DNA of 44,837 nucleotides from Nemertoderma westbladi. Its lineage: Eukaryota; Animalia; Xenacoelomorpha. The stretch spans positions 1 to 44,837 of the forward strand of contig JAUCBJ010007249.1 of assembly GCA_032718475.1 (NCBI GenBank). Direction: 5' to 3'. Both the position numbers and the translations under genes were made by a program. The notes beneath the pieces were generated by a model. That model was not told where the DNA came from. It searched no databases and was given only the letters and a program-made list of their open reading frames with translations. This document shows positions 1-11,985 of the stretch, piece by piece (the first letter of the stretch is position 1; every line of letters starts with the position of its first letter).

Positions 1-44
1 GTTTATTCGCGCATATTCGCGCCTCACCAGTCGAGCTGGCATTT

Positions 45-3000
45 AATTATTATTATAATTGACAGTTAACAATTAACACATTAAAAATCATTTTAAAAAA
101 GGTCTTATGGATCGACCAGAAGATTAAAAGAATACCACATTGCGTAATATTGAATTAAAACGTGACTAAACCGGTTTACTAAAAAGCCAGCTACTCTAAA
201 AGTCTTAATATCTAAGTGATTTATTCATCAGTTCTATTATAGTAAGAGGAAAATATTTCACGTTTACTTTTGAAACTGAGTCCATTATTGGAGTAGCACA
301 TAGAGAGAAAATCTGCGCTACAGCAATCACTTATGTTTGGTGCACCTGGTGACATTCTCTGTGTCAGTTCCTTGTAAGAGTAATCAAAATTAAATATGTT
401 AAATAATGATGGTAGCGCATATAACTTTCTGCCCTTACTATAAGAAGCTGCAATACTAGGCAGATTATTATTTAGGTAACCATCCCATTGACCAATCGAG
501 CATAAAAACCGTAGCATATGTTGAAGGTCGTATTTAGGGCAACACTTAATGCGCTCTATCAGATTGGCCAATCTCTTGAAGGCAGTAGTTGAGATACAAG
601 CATTACCAAACACAATTTCCAGTGTCTGAGTACTGATATAATTTCCCGCATAAAGAAGACCACGTAGAGATTTTCTGTATTGAGAATCTAACCGCTTTAT
701 GTCCGACAAGGAAAGACTACCAACTTGGATCTCCATGCCGTAGCAAAGGAACGGGACAGCTATTGTGTTCCACAGTTTACTGACAACATCAAGGGGGTAT
801 TGTCTGACTGTCCATCCCTTCTGATGGAACGCAGAAGAACAGATACCGATTCGCCGTCTAAGATCAACGATTATATGATCAGGTTTGCTGTATAATTTGT
901 AACCAATAAATTTAATATATTCTGACAGATTGATCGAGGAACCATTAAACATTATCTGCTGGTTGCTTCCATTAGTTTGGTCACCCATAGTGGTCCATGA
1001 CGTTTTACTTACAGATAAGTGCAAACCAATAAGGGTCAGCTGTGTTTCTAAGGCAGTTAACATTTTTTCAATTTCAGTACGTGACAATGCTAGAAGGAGC
1101 AAATCATCTGCATAATTGATAATTCCAACCCAGGTATCCTTTATAAAGCAGCCAAGGCCAAGTCGCTCCATATTATCAACAACATCATGAATATAGAAGT
1201 TGAACAGAGAGGGCGAAAGCAGCGAGCCCTGCTTAACTCCGTTAAACCCAATAAAAAAGCTTCTGTTTATTCTTTCACCATGTTTGATGAAGTATTTAGT
1301 GTTGCGATAATAATAAAGTAATATACAGCAGATGAATGGATTCAATATTTTGGATAGCCGGTCGAATAGAACAACATAATCCACCATGTTGAAAGCGGAA
1401 CTGATATCTGTTTGACAGGCGTAGATAGTGGATCCCCTGGATTGAAAATAATTAATCACCTCCAATGCAAGAGATATGGCCTCATCACAACCAATTCTTT
1501 TTTGATAGGCCATTGACATGCTATGAGGTTTGTCAATCTCTACTAGAAATTCCGATAAGCAGATCGCCTCTAAAACCTTTGCATATATGTTGATGCTGGC
1601 AATCGGCCTGTATGACGGTGTCTCATATAAACTTCTACCATGACCTTTGTAAACCATTGAGAGGATGGTTTCTCCAAACACGTCTGGCACACATCCAACT
1701 TGAATACTCGTATTTAGGACAATACCGATATGATAGCATATTACAGATGGATCTGCACATATTAAGTGTTCAACAACTAGACTCCTACTGTCGGGCGCCT
1801 TTCGCTTTGATAGTGATAAGATAGCCTCATATATCGTGTTTGCTTCAATTGTAGGCATGCTTGTAGATTCCATTCTAGAACGTAGATATCTTTCAATGTC
1901 ATCAAAATTCTGTTCACCCTTATGCTGAAGATCGTTTTGAATTGCTTCACTTATTTTATCTTCCATGTCTGGAGGAGCAGAGTGAGACGTTTTAGAAAAG
2001 TTTGACCAAAATGTCTTAGCAGACCCCGTGTTCAGTCTTTGACTAAGTCGTTTATTTAACATTTCTTTGTATAATTTACGCTTTAGCCGTCGAGTAGCTC
2101 GCTTTGAGGACTTAATTTCTTCACACAGAGGATCATTATGAGGACTACCTTTACCAATCCACATTTTATATAGTTTCTTTGATGTTTTTGAATAGTCTCG
2201 TAGTTGTTTATTGCGGATAAGTATATTTTTACTCTTACGTTTCCGCTTAGAGATTGGTATGCATTGTTTCGCACACTTAAGAAGTATAGCTGTCAAGTCA
2301 TTTGTATAATCATTTAACATACATTTAGTCCATTTCTCATTTGGCTTTGCAGGGATTCTAAGCATATTCAACTCAGTTGTGACCTTTTCGTTATACTGCC
2401 TTAAGTTAGCCACACTGGCCTTCTCCCAGTTGAATTTCACTGAGCTAAATGTTTTCATAGAGTTTTTGTAGCCTTCAGCTTTAATAAAACGACTTATATC
2501 AATACGACAAAACACTGGTAGGTGATCAGAGAGGTTGTTCTCAAAGGTTTCCATCATCACACTGCCATCAACAACAAGACTTTTACCATGGTGTGAAGAT
2601 AATATATGATCTATATATGAGTTTGTGTTGCTCGCAGCGCTGTGAAATGTATATGTGGGGCCAGAAAAGTTGTTATATGTGTCAACTGCAGCCAAATTGT
2701 TGTTAGAGCAAAATTTTATTAACTCTTTACCCCTCAAGGTAGGTGAAGACCGACATGACCTTGGACCATGAGCAATGCCAATATCTGAGTTTGTGTCCAT
2801 TAACAAATAGGGAATGCAGTCTGGGTTTGTTTTGATAATTGATTCTACTCTATTCATAAGATCAATGTACATTTCTAGTGGTTTACCAGCATCAGGTACA
2901 TAACCGCACAATATGAGAAGACGGCAGGAGGCATTAGCTGGTTTGAAAATTCCCCCAATGATGTCGTCATTGGATTCTATCTTTTGGACCAGGTTTAATT

Positions 3001-3610
3001 TAGACTTTTTTGCAATTAGTGAAACACCACCAGCGCCACGGCGTTTGTTTGGATTATCCATTTTCTTTGAAACCAATGATAAACAATGGTAATCTGAGCC
3101 TAACTGGTTTACCAGGAGCTCCTTTATTTCCTCAGTATCCAACCAGTGCTCCTGTAGTGCTACTACATCATTAGAAGCACATAAAGATTTAATATAGTCA
3201 ATACTAGTTATGGCATCATGGCAATTGAATGTTACCATTCTTACAGTTCCTTGACAAGAGTTTTTGCTGCTACCATTATTGAAATCCCCCCTCTGTGGTG
3301 GATCCTTAGATGGATTGAAAGGGAGTGTGATTGTAGACAGATTGGCGGTCTCGCCACATTACACATTTCGCATCAGCTGGCCAGAAACTAGAGTTCGGAC
3401 TTACCAGTTTGTTCACATCCCTGTTGTTTACAACTAGTCGAAAGTTCCTGCGGCCCCCGTAATTGCGGGTTGTAATTCGTTCTATCTGGACACCACCAAT
3501 TGAACAGTATCCCAATATACGATCCTCGTCATAGTTTGGGTTGTTAGTGGCCAGATAGAGAACTTCATTATATGTTGTCATTCTCGATCTGTAGTTCGAT
3601 TGCGACCGCT
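45..3610 (-). mobile_element. Non-LTR retrotransposon (LINE) of APE+RT type, 5'-truncated within ORF1; clade uncertain (RTEX/Proto2/L2-like)
   Basis: Intact ORF2 at 221-3238, ORF1 remnant at 3306-3611, ~170-nt 3' UTR ending in a short (ATA)n-like tract near 45-58 (plus strand aattattattata). No TSD identified. Confidence 0.9.
221..3238 (-). CDS. LINE ORF2: APE-like endonuclease + reverse transcriptase (1005 aa, uninterrupted)
   Basis: EN motifs TFNC, LQEHWL, GGVSL, DTNS, YTF...SYIDHI, SDHLPV; RT motifs YRPIA, DISSAF, GVKQGSLLSPSLFNFYI, YADDLLLL, KFIG. The frame is open ~40 codons upstream of the ATG, overlapping the end of ORF1. Confidence 0.95.
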   Translation of the reverse strand: MVTFNCHDAITSIDYIKSLCASNDVVALQEHWLDTEEIKELLVNQLGSDYHCLSLVSKKMDNPNKRRGAGGVSLIAKKSKLNLVQKIESNDDIIGGIFKPANASCRLLILCGYVPDAGKPLEMYIDLMNRVESIIKTNPDCIPYLLMDTNSDIGIAHGPRSCRSSPTLRGKELIKFCSNNNLAAVDTYNNFSGPTYTFHSAASNTNSYIDHILSSHHGKSLVVDGSVMMETFENNLSDHLPVFCRIDISRFIKAEGYKNSMKTFSSVKFNWEKASVANLRQYNEKVTTELNMLRIPAKPNEKWTKCMLNDYTNDLTAILLKCAKQCIPISKRKRKSKNILIRNKQLRDYSKTSKKLYKMWIGKGSPHNDPLCEEIKSSKRATRRLKRKLYKEMLNKRLSQRLNTGSAKTFWSNFSKTSHSAPPDMEDKISEAIQNDLQHKGEQNFDDIERYLRSRMESTSMPTIEANTIYEAILSLSKRKAPDSRSLVVEHLICADPSVICYHIGIVLNTSIQVGCVPDVFGETILSMVYKGHGRSLYETPSYRPIASINIYAKVLEAICLSEFLVEIDKPHSMSMAYQKRIGCDEAISLALEVINYFQSRGSTIYACQTDISSAFNMVDYVVLFDRLSKILNPFICCILLYYYRNTKYFIKHGERINRSFFIGFNGVKQGSLLSPSLFNFYIHDVVDNMERLGLGCFIKDTWVGIINYADDLLLLALSRTEIEKMLTALETQLTLIGLHLSVSKTSWTTMGDQTNGSNQQIMFNGSSINLSEYIKFIGYKLYSKPDHIIVDLRRRIGICSSAFHQKGWTVRQYPLDVVSKLWNTIAVPFLCYGMEIQVGSLSLSDIKRLDSQYRKSLRGLLYAGNYISTQTLEIVFGNACISTTAFKRLANLIERIKCCPKYDLQHMLRFLCSIGQWDGYLNNNLPSIAASYSKGRKLYALPSLFNIFNFDYSYKELTQRMSPGAPNISDCCSADFLSMCYSNNGLSFKSKREIFSSYYNRTDE

Positions 3611-3611
3611 G
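3306..3611 (-). pseudogene. C-terminal part of LINE ORF1 (RRM-like nucleic-acid-binding domain)
   Basis: Lies immediately upstream of ORF2. LYLAT...NFRLVV...SFWPADAKCVMW resembles the FWP-x-G-V-x-V-R ending of RRM-type LINE ORF1s. The frame runs up to the satellite junction, where a TAG closes it. Confidence 0.7.
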
Positions 3612-6600
3612 CTAGAACACGATCGCTATTGATGGGACTGCTAGAACACGATCGCTATTGATGGGACTGCTAGAACACGTTCGCTATTGATGGGACTGCT
3701 AGAACACGATCGCTATTGATGGGACTGCTAGAACACGTTCGCTATTGATGGGACTGCTAGAACACGATCGCTATTGATGGGACTGCTAGAACACGTTCGC
3801 TATTGATGGGACTGCTAGAATACGTTCGCTATTGATGGGACTGCTGGAACACGATCGCTATTGATGGGACTGCTAGAACACGATCGCTATTGATGGGACT
3901 GCTAGAACACGTTCGCTATTGATGGGACTGCTAGAACACGATCGCTATTGATGGGACTGCTAGAACACGTTCACTATTGATGGGACTGCTGGAACACGAT
4001 CGCTATTGATGGGACTGCTGGAACACGATCGCTATTGATGGGACTGCTAGAACACGATCGCTATTGATGGGACTGCTAGAACACGATCGCTATTGATGGG
4101 ACTGCTGGAACACGATCGCTATTGATGGGACTGCTAGAACACGATCGCTATTGATGGGACTGCTAGAACACGTTCGCTATTGATGGGACTGCTAGAACAC
4201 GTTCGCTATTGATGGGACTGCTAGAATACGTTCGCTATTGATGGGACTGCTGGAACACGATCGCTATTGATGGGACTGCTAGAACACGATCGCTATTGAT
4301 GGGACTGCTAGAACACGTTCGCTATTGATGGGACTGCTAGAACACGATCGCTATTGATGGGACTGCTAGAACACGTTCGCTATTGATGGGACTGCTGGAA
4401 CACGATCGCTATTGATGGGACTGCTGGAACACGATCGCTATTGATGGGACTGCTAGAACACGATCGCTATTGATGGGACTGCTAGAACACGATCGCTATT
4501 GATGGGACTGCTAGAACACGATCGCTATTGATGGGACTGCTAGAACACGTTTGCTATTGATGGGACTGCTAGTACACGATCGCTATTGATGGGACTGCTA
4601 GAACACGATCGCTATTGATGGGACTGCTAGAACACGTTCGCTATTGATGTGACTGCTAGAACACGATCGCTATTGATGGGACTGCTGGAACACGATCGCT
4701 AATGATGGGACTGCTAGAACACGATCGCTATTGATGGGACTGGTGGAACACGATCGCTATTGATGGGACTGCTGGAACACGATCGCTATTGATGGGACTG
4801 CTGGAACACGATCGCTATTGATGGGACTGCTAGAACACGTTCGCTATTGATGGGACTGCTAGAACACGTTCGCTATTGATGTGACTGCTAGAACACGTTC
4901 GCTATTGATGGGACTGCTGGAACACGATCGCTATTGATGGGACTGCTGGAACACGATCGCTATTGATGGGACTGCTAGAACACGATCGCTATTGATGGGA
5001 CTGCTAGAACACGTTCGCTATTGATGGGACTGCTGGAACACGATCGCTATTGATGGGACTGCTGGAACACGATCGCTATTGATGGGACTGCTAGAACACG
5101 ATCGCTATTGATGGGACTGCTAGCACACGATCGCTATTGATGGGACTGCTAGAACACGATCGCTATTGATGGGACTGCTAGAACACGTTCGCTATTGATG
5201 GGACTGCTAGAACACGATCGCTATTGATGGGACTGCTGGAACACGATCGCTATTGATGGGACTGCTGGAACACGATCGCTATTGATGGGACTGCTAGAAC
5301 ACGTTCGCTATTGATGGGACTGCTAGAACACGATCGCTATTGATGGGACTGGTGGAACACGATCGCTATTGATGGGAGTGCTGGAACACGATCGCTATTG
5401 ATGGGACTGCTGGAACACGATCGCTATTGATGGGACTGCTAGAACACGTTCTCTATTGATGGGACTGCTGGAACACGATCGCTATTGATGGGACTGCTAG
5501 AACACGATCGCTATTGATGGGACTGCTAGAACACGATCGCTATTGATGGGACTGGTGGAACACGATCGCTATTGATGGGACTGCTGGAACACGATCGCTA
5601 TTGATGGGACTGCTGGAACACGATCGCTATTGATGGGACTGCTAGAACACGATCGCTATTGATGGGACTGCTAGAACACGATCGTTATTGATGGGACTGG
5701 TGGAACACGATCGCTATTGATGGGACTGCTGGAACACGATCGCTATTGATGGGACTGCTGGAACACGATCGCTATTGATGGGACTGCTAGAACACGTTCG
5801 CTATGGATGGGACTGCTGGAACACGATCGCTATTGATGGGACTGCTGGAACACGATCGCTATTGATGGGACTGCTGGAACACGATCGCTATTGATGGGAC
5901 TGATAGAACACGTTCGCTATGGATGGGACTGCTAGAACACGATCGCTATTGATGGGACTGCTAGAACACGATCGCTATTGATGGGACTGCTAGAACACGT
6001 TCGCTATTGATGGGACTGCTAGAACACGTTCGCTATTGATTGGACTGCTGGAGCACGATCGCTATTGATGGGACTGCTGGAACACGATCGCTATTGATGG
6101 GACTGCTAGAACACGATCGCTATTGATGGGACTGCTAGAACACGTTCGCTATTGATGGGACTGCTAGAACACGTTCGCTATTGATGGGACTGCTGGAGCA
6201 CGATCGCTATTGATGGGACTGCTAGAACACGTTCGCTATTGATGGGACTGCTGGAACACGATCGCTATTGATGGGACTGCTAGAACACGTTCGCTATTGA
6301 TGGGACTGCTGGAGCACGATCGCTATTGATGGGACTGCTGGAACACGATCGCTATTGATGGGACTGCTAGAACACGATCGCTATTGATGGGACTGCTGGA
6401 GCACGATCGCTATTGATGGGACTGCTAGAACACGTTCGCTATTGATGGGACCCCTGGAGCACGATCGCTATTGATGGGACTGCTGGAACACGATCGCTAT
6501 TGATGGGACTGCTAGAACACGATCGCTATTGATGGGACTGCTAGAACACGTTCGCTATTGATGGGACTGCTGGAACACGATCGCTATTGATGGGACTGCT

Positions 6601-6748
6601 AGAACACGTTCGCTATTGATGGGACTGCTAGAACACGTTCGCTATTGATGGGACTGCTGGAGCACGATCGCTATTGATGGGACTGCTAGAACACGTTCGC
6701 TATTGATGGGACTGCTGGAACACGTTTGCTATTGATGGGACTGCTGGA
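3609..6748. repeat. 29-bp tandem satellite, ~108 copies
   Basis: Unit CTGCT(A/G)GAACACG(A/T)TCGCTATTGATGGGA, head-to-tail with no spacers; ~3140 bp / 29. Confidence 0.99.
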
Positions 6749-7789
6749 CATTGGATCAAAAACTCATGACATACTGTAATGAGAACACTGATCGATTATG
6801 TAAACGCTACCATCGTTTTAGCAGTCTTTTAGGTACTTCAGCATTTTTTGATACAAATGATTTTGTTCCTATTTTAATATTGATCAGATTGTTTGAATAA
6901 GGGGGGTAAAATTCGGCAACTGATGTCATTGTCAAGGCTGATGAGTTATCTAGCATAGCGGATACACTGGTTTCTATTTGCCGCTGAATTGCATTATATT
7001 TCGGCTAGAAGTTTGGCTTCCTCCAATAATAGACGAGATTTAGCTTTACCTGACAGCCTGAGGAATATCTACCGTTGAATCAGTTCAACCCCAACTAGAA
7101 TTTGATTGGTTGTCTTATTATAAAATGAATTCTTCCCTATAATTCCATCGGTTTCCAGAAAATTAATTTTTATTTTAGAGTTCGTCTTTCAACTTTTTAT
7201 TCAAAGTTTACAGTTATGTAGGTATAAACGGAGGTTGGTTATTTTTTTGTTACTCGCCTATCATATTTTTCAAGGCAAATGTTTGCTATAAATGTAAAGT
7301 AATGTTACTATTCATTAACTCTTCTTCAAAATATCCAAAAACGTAAACCGTTGTGCAATTTATGCGCTGAAAGTTACAATTGAAGTTTTATCATAAATAT
7401 TGGATGTAATATTTAAAAACTTAAACACAAAACTTAAAAACAAATTTTTTGTTATTTATAGTTAGTTGAATCGGCAACTAATTAGTCTGAGGTTTGTTTA
7501 ATAGATCAGCTCACAATTAATATAAAATGTAATTTTTCCTTAATCTAATATCTGTTATATAATAATTATTTGGGTTGGGATCTATTTTGTCCTGCGATTT
7601 CGAATAAATTTATTAAAACTACTGCTACTAACTGTACTTGGTCGAACGAGTTCGGACAGTGGAAATTAGATCCTTCCGGGCTTCCCGATTTTCCATATAA
7701 AGTTGTCCCAATTTCGTTTCTCGCATGTCCAGTATCACTCTCAAGTTGGTCTATAGAGGTTATATAGCCGGTTTGTTCACAGCTTGATT

Positions 7790-9345
7790 CTCTTGCTTTT
7801 CTATAGGGTTTGCTGACTCTCAAACTGACTCGGACTTCTGCAGTCATAATTCTGTGGTCTGTGCAAATCAATACCTATTTGCTCCAAGAGTAAGCGGCTA
7901 TTTCGTTTATAATTGGTGTTATACTATAACACCAATTATAAAAGAAATAGCCGGTGTAACCCTTGATCTTCTGCGGGCAACCAGCAATGACTTTGACATT
8001 GTGTTTTGGAATGACCTTTATAAATCCAGTTAGATCTTCTTAAAACTTGACAGCTAGATCTGGCTCTGAACCATTGGTTGGTTTCTAGCAACTTAATACT
8101 CTTTGTTGTCTTGGGATTACAATCAAACGTTCTTGCAATGCCCTGGAGTTATAGAATTCCTACTCCACCAATGCCCTGGAGTTATAGAATTCCTACTCCA
8201 CCAATAATGCCCTGGAGTTATAGAATTCCTACTCTACCAATAATGCCCTGGAGTTATAGAATTCCTACTCCACCAATGCCCTGGAGTTATAGAATTCCTA
8301 CTCCACCAATGCCCTGGAGTTATAGAATTCCTACTCCACCAATACCCTGGAGTTATAGAATTCCTACTCCACCAATGCCCTGGAGTTATAGAATTCCTAC
8401 TCCACCAATGCCCTGGAGTTATAGAATTCCTACTCCACCAATGCCCTGGAGTTATAGAATTCCTACTCCACCAATGCCCTGGAGTTATAGAATTCCTACT
8501 CCACCAATGCCCTGGAGTTATAGAATTCCTACTCCACCAATGCCCTGGAGTTATAGAATTCCTACTCCACCAATGCCCTGGAGTTATAGAATTCCTACTC
8601 CACCAATACCCTGGAGTTATAGAATTCCTACTCCACCAATGCCCTGGAGTTATAGAATTCCTACTCCACCAATGCCCTGGAGTTATAGAATTCCTACTCC
8701 ACCAATGCCCTGGAGTTATAGAATTCCTACTCCACCAATACCCTGGAGTTATAGAATTCCTACTCCACCAATGCCCTGGAGTTATAGAATTCCTACTCCA
8801 CCAATAATGCCCTGGAGTTATAGAATTCCTACTCCACCAATACCCTGGAGTTATAGAATTCCTACTCCACCAATGCCCTGGAGTTATAGAATTCCTACTC
8901 CACCAATGCCCTGGAGTTATAGAATTCCTACTCCACCAATGCCCTGGAGTTATAGAATTCCTACTCCACCAATGCCCTGGAGTTATAGAATTCCTACTCC
9001 ACCAATGCACTGGAGTTATAGAATTCCTACTCCACCAATAATGCCCTGGAGTTATAGAATTCCTACTCCACCAATAATGCCCTGGAGTTATAGAATTCCT
9101 ACTCCACCAATAATGCCCTGGAGTTATAGAATTCCTACTCCACCAATGCCCCAAAGTCCACCAATTTCCAATGTAATTATTATAATTGATGTTGATGGTA
9201 GTGATGTCTTCTTGACATATCCGATGTTCTTAGATACAGATGACTTTGATGTTATATTCCATTGCCATAGAGCGACCATGACACCCCTAGAAAGTGTTTG
9301 TGAATTCATTGCAGTAATCTTTAGTGTCTTTTTACATTTCAACAG
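7790..9345 (-). pseudogene. Decayed RTE-clade retrotransposon endonuclease domain, split by a minisatellite
   Basis: Minus-strand fragments in order: LKITAMNSQTL; NIKVICI*EHRI (=IQEHR); GIGGVGIL; [33-bp array]; TFDCNPKTT; VLSC*KPTNGS...F*EDL; IPKHNVKVIAG; TDHRIMTAEVRVSLR. These are the collinear RTE APE motifs, with stops and frameshifts. Confidence 0.85.
8138..9150. repeat. 33-bp minisatellite, ~30 copies (some with an extra ATA)
   Basis: Unit ATGCCCTGGAGTTATAGAATTCCTACTCCACCA; near-perfect copies. Confidence 0.99.
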
Positions 9346-9480
9346 GTACCGACAGACTCTTTACTTCTCTATCTTCTATATTTTCCTGCTAAGTTTTCAT
9401 TATAAACTTTAGTATTTATTTCGTTTGTTGGTTACTGTGGTTACATTTTATGGGAATAGTCATTAATAATTAACCATTGA

Positions 9481-9715
9481 TTAACCCTATTAGTACCGGG
9501 CTATAAAATGTACAAATACCAGGGGGGGGGGGGGGGGGTCATATTAAACCCCACCCCACCCCCTCTAAAATCTACAAATTTTAACGAAAACGTCTGATTT
9601 TTTGTTTGTTCGTAGATCTCACTAGTCTGAATCCAACCAAAAAATAAAATTTCAAAAAAAAGTACTGGGGTGGTTATTTTGCAGCACCAAAATTACAAGT
9701 AAAGTGGGAGTGATG
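9481..9715 (+). mobile_element. Single end of a piggyBac-like non-autonomous DNA transposon
   Basis: Begins TTAA|CCCTATTAGTACCGGG (TTAA target plus CCC terminus), followed by a G-run/C-run. No matching right end (AGGG|TTAA with the same TIR) was found. The inner boundary is approximate. Confidence 0.5.
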
Positions 9716-9771
9716 GAATTGCAAAATCTCTCTATTCCATACCTAGAGGTATTAAACCTATAACTACCAGC

Positions 9772-11985
9772 ATGTGTTTGATGATCTTGTGCTGGGGTTT
9801 AAGGAACCTATCTTCTTACCAAGGACTGTCTGTAACCCAACCAACAGTAGAATTTGCTTGTGCTGGGAAGATTGTGAAATCAGAAATGCTCAACAATGTA
9901 GCAAGAAATCCTAACTTTCACAACCCTGTCTTAACAATGGAAGTAGACTTACCTGTACGCCATGTATATCTACCACCGATTCACATTAAAGTTAGAGATA
10001 ACAGATCCTTTGGAAGGAAACCTATAGTGGGTGTCTACACAATAAATTCTTTAGCTGAATACAAGGAAAATGTAAACAAAACACAAAAGAAGACAATTGA
10101 AGATGAACCTTTCAAAAAACTGTCTGATCCAAAACCTGTAAAGTCTAAGCAAGCCGATGTGAATGAAGATTTCGATTGGTGGAGTAAATACTACGCATCG
10201 ATAGGAGATGCCTCAAAGGCATCTTTGTATGTTGAAAAGGGTTATGAACTTCTGAAAGTATATGATAAGGAACTTGAATTAAGTGAAAATTACGAAAGTT
10301 TTCAAGACTTTGTAAAAACCTTTGATTTGGTGAGAGGCAGAACTGATGATAAAGTTGAAACAGTTGGCCAACTGAAGGCCTCCTTTGCATTGTACAATAA
10401 CATCAATGAGATAAAGCCTAGACACCATTGGCCAGGGGGAGCTAATGTCACCATACGAATCTACATACTGAGAGGTTTGGATCTGACCCCGATGGATGGT
10501 AGTGGGACGTCGGATCCTTACATAAAGATTAGCCTCGGTACTAAAGTCATCGATGATGTCAACAACTACATCCCTAACAGCATCAACCCGATATTCGGAA
10601 AAAGCTACGAAATTCAGCAACAAATGCCATTGTTTAAAGATTTAAAAATAACCGTGATGGACCACGATTTCGTGAGTGGCGACGATGTCATTGGTGAGAC
10701 AGTGATCGACATTGAGGACAGATATATCTCAAAATTCCGGGCTACTTGCGGAATAAATGCCCAGTATTACTTGGCCGGTGTCAACTGCTGGAGGGATTCG
10801 CAGAAACCCAGCGATATTCTAGAATGGTACTGTCGTCATAACGACTTAGATAAACCAATGTTCGAAGGTAATAGACAGGTTCGAGTGGGTGGAAAGGTTT
10901 ACTTGTTGGATAAACTCGAGTCCGGACCACCACACCCCGACTGGGGTCCCCCCCAGGAGCGTCTGGCTCTTCACGTACTACGTCAACTCCCATTGGTTCG
11001 CGAGCACGTGGAGCAAAGGACTCTGTACAACAGCGAGCTTCAACCGGGGATCTCGCAAGGGAAACTCGAGATGTGGGTGGACATATTCTCTATGAGTAGT
11101 GGTAGACCACCACCCCCGGTCAACGTGAAAGGGCGAGAGGCAAAGCACTACGAGTTGCGAGTGGTGATATGGGACGCGAAAGACGTTGTATTGGAAGAGG
11201 AGGGGACATTGACGGGACAGAAAATGAGTGACATTTATGTGAAAGGTTGGTTGGACGGTAGTGACGACGTACAAGCGACAGATGTTCATTATCGTTCGTT
11301 GTCTGGCGAGGGAAACTTTAACTGGCGGTTTGTCTTTGATTTGCACTACATTGATCAGGAGCATATAATGGTGATTAAATCGAAGAGGCATTTTTGGAGT
11401 TGGGATGGGGTAGAAGAGAAATTACCCCCGAGGTTTTTCGTGCAAATTTGGGACAACGACTTGATATCGCAGGATGATTATATCGGGCAAATTATATTTA
11501 ATCTAGATAAAATGTACGAACCAACGAAATCGTCTGGGAGCTGCTCATTGTCCGTGTTTAAGGACAAGAAGGGGAAGAGACGTGACAGTCTGATAAAGAG
11601 AAGAAGGATGAGAGGTTGGTGGCCGACAACGGAAGAAAAGGGAAAGAAGTTGACGGGGAAGTTGGACATGGAGTTTGAGATTATTAGCAAAGAGGATGCA
11701 AAGCACAAGCCAGTAGGTCGGGGGAGATCTGATCCGAACATGTATCCGCATCTTGAGGTACCGAATAGGCCAGGTAGCTCGTTCCTATGGTATAAGGCGC
11801 CATGGCGGGCACTCAAATACATAGTTTGGCAGAATTATAAGTGGAAATTTCTAATAGCTTTAATATTCTTTATAGTACTGCACTTTCTCTATAGTTACCT
11901 ATATTCACTTCCAGTCTACGCAGCCAAGGCAACTGTCGAGGAATTAATTAGTGGGTCAAAAAGTAAACCAGAAAATGGAGTTTAA
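9772..11985 (+). CDS. Ferlin-family protein (dysferlin/myoferlin/otoferlin-like), C-terminal part only: C2DE-C2E-C2F + C-terminal TM helix; intronless, 737 aa
   Basis: ILCWGLRNL..NPNF..YLPPIHIKVRDNRSFGRKPIVG; DWWSKYYAS; RIYILRGLDLTPMDGSGTSDPY..MDHDFVSGDDVIGET; PGISQGKLEMWVDIF; YELRVVIW..MSDIYVKGW..TDVHYRSLSGEGNFNWRFVF; IWDNDL; GRSDPN; hydrophobic FLIALIFFIVLHFLYSYLYSLP. Homology extends 17 codons upstream of the ATG (YSIPRGIKP), with an in-frame TAA at 9700-9702. AATAAA overlaps the stop. Confidence 0.95.
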   Translation: MCLMILCWGLRNLSSYQGLSVTQPTVEFACAGKIVKSEMLNNVARNPNFHNPVLTMEVDLPVRHVYLPPIHIKVRDNRSFGRKPIVGVYTINSLAEYKENVNKTQKKTIEDEPFKKLSDPKPVKSKQADVNEDFDWWSKYYASIGDASKASLYVEKGYELLKVYDKELELSENYESFQDFVKTFDLVRGRTDDKVETVGQLKASFALYNNINEIKPRHHWPGGANVTIRIYILRGLDLTPMDGSGTSDPYIKISLGTKVIDDVNNYIPNSINPIFGKSYEIQQQMPLFKDLKITVMDHDFVSGDDVIGETVIDIEDRYISKFRATCGINAQYYLAGVNCWRDSQKPSDILEWYCRHNDLDKPMFEGNRQVRVGGKVYLLDKLESGPPHPDWGPPQERLALHVLRQLPLVREHVEQRTLYNSELQPGISQGKLEMWVDIFSMSSGRPPPPVNVKGREAKHYELRVVIWDAKDVVLEEEGTLTGQKMSDIYVKGWLDGSDDVQATDVHYRSLSGEGNFNWRFVFDLHYIDQEHIMVIKSKRHFWSWDGVEEKLPPRFFVQIWDNDLISQDDYIGQIIFNLDKMYEPTKSSGSCSLSVFKDKKGKRRDSLIKRRRMRGWWPTTEEKGKKLTGKLDMEFEIISKEDAKHKPVGRGRSDPNMYPHLEVPNRPGSSFLWYKAPWRALKYIVWQNYKWKFLIALIFFIVLHFLYSYLYSLPVYAAKATVEELISGSKSKPENGV

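Noticed and set aside
3609-6748. CRISPR-like array (29-bp repeats)
   Set aside because: No spacers, no cas genes and a eukaryotic context; it is a head-to-tail satellite.
8078-9412. 444-aa ORF resembling a secreted repetitive or neuropeptide precursor (signal-like N-terminus + MPWSYRIPTPP repeats)
   Set aside because: It starts at TTG rather than ATG, has no dibasic cleavage or amidation sites and essentially no synonymous variation, and both flanks are antisense RTE endonuclease sequence.
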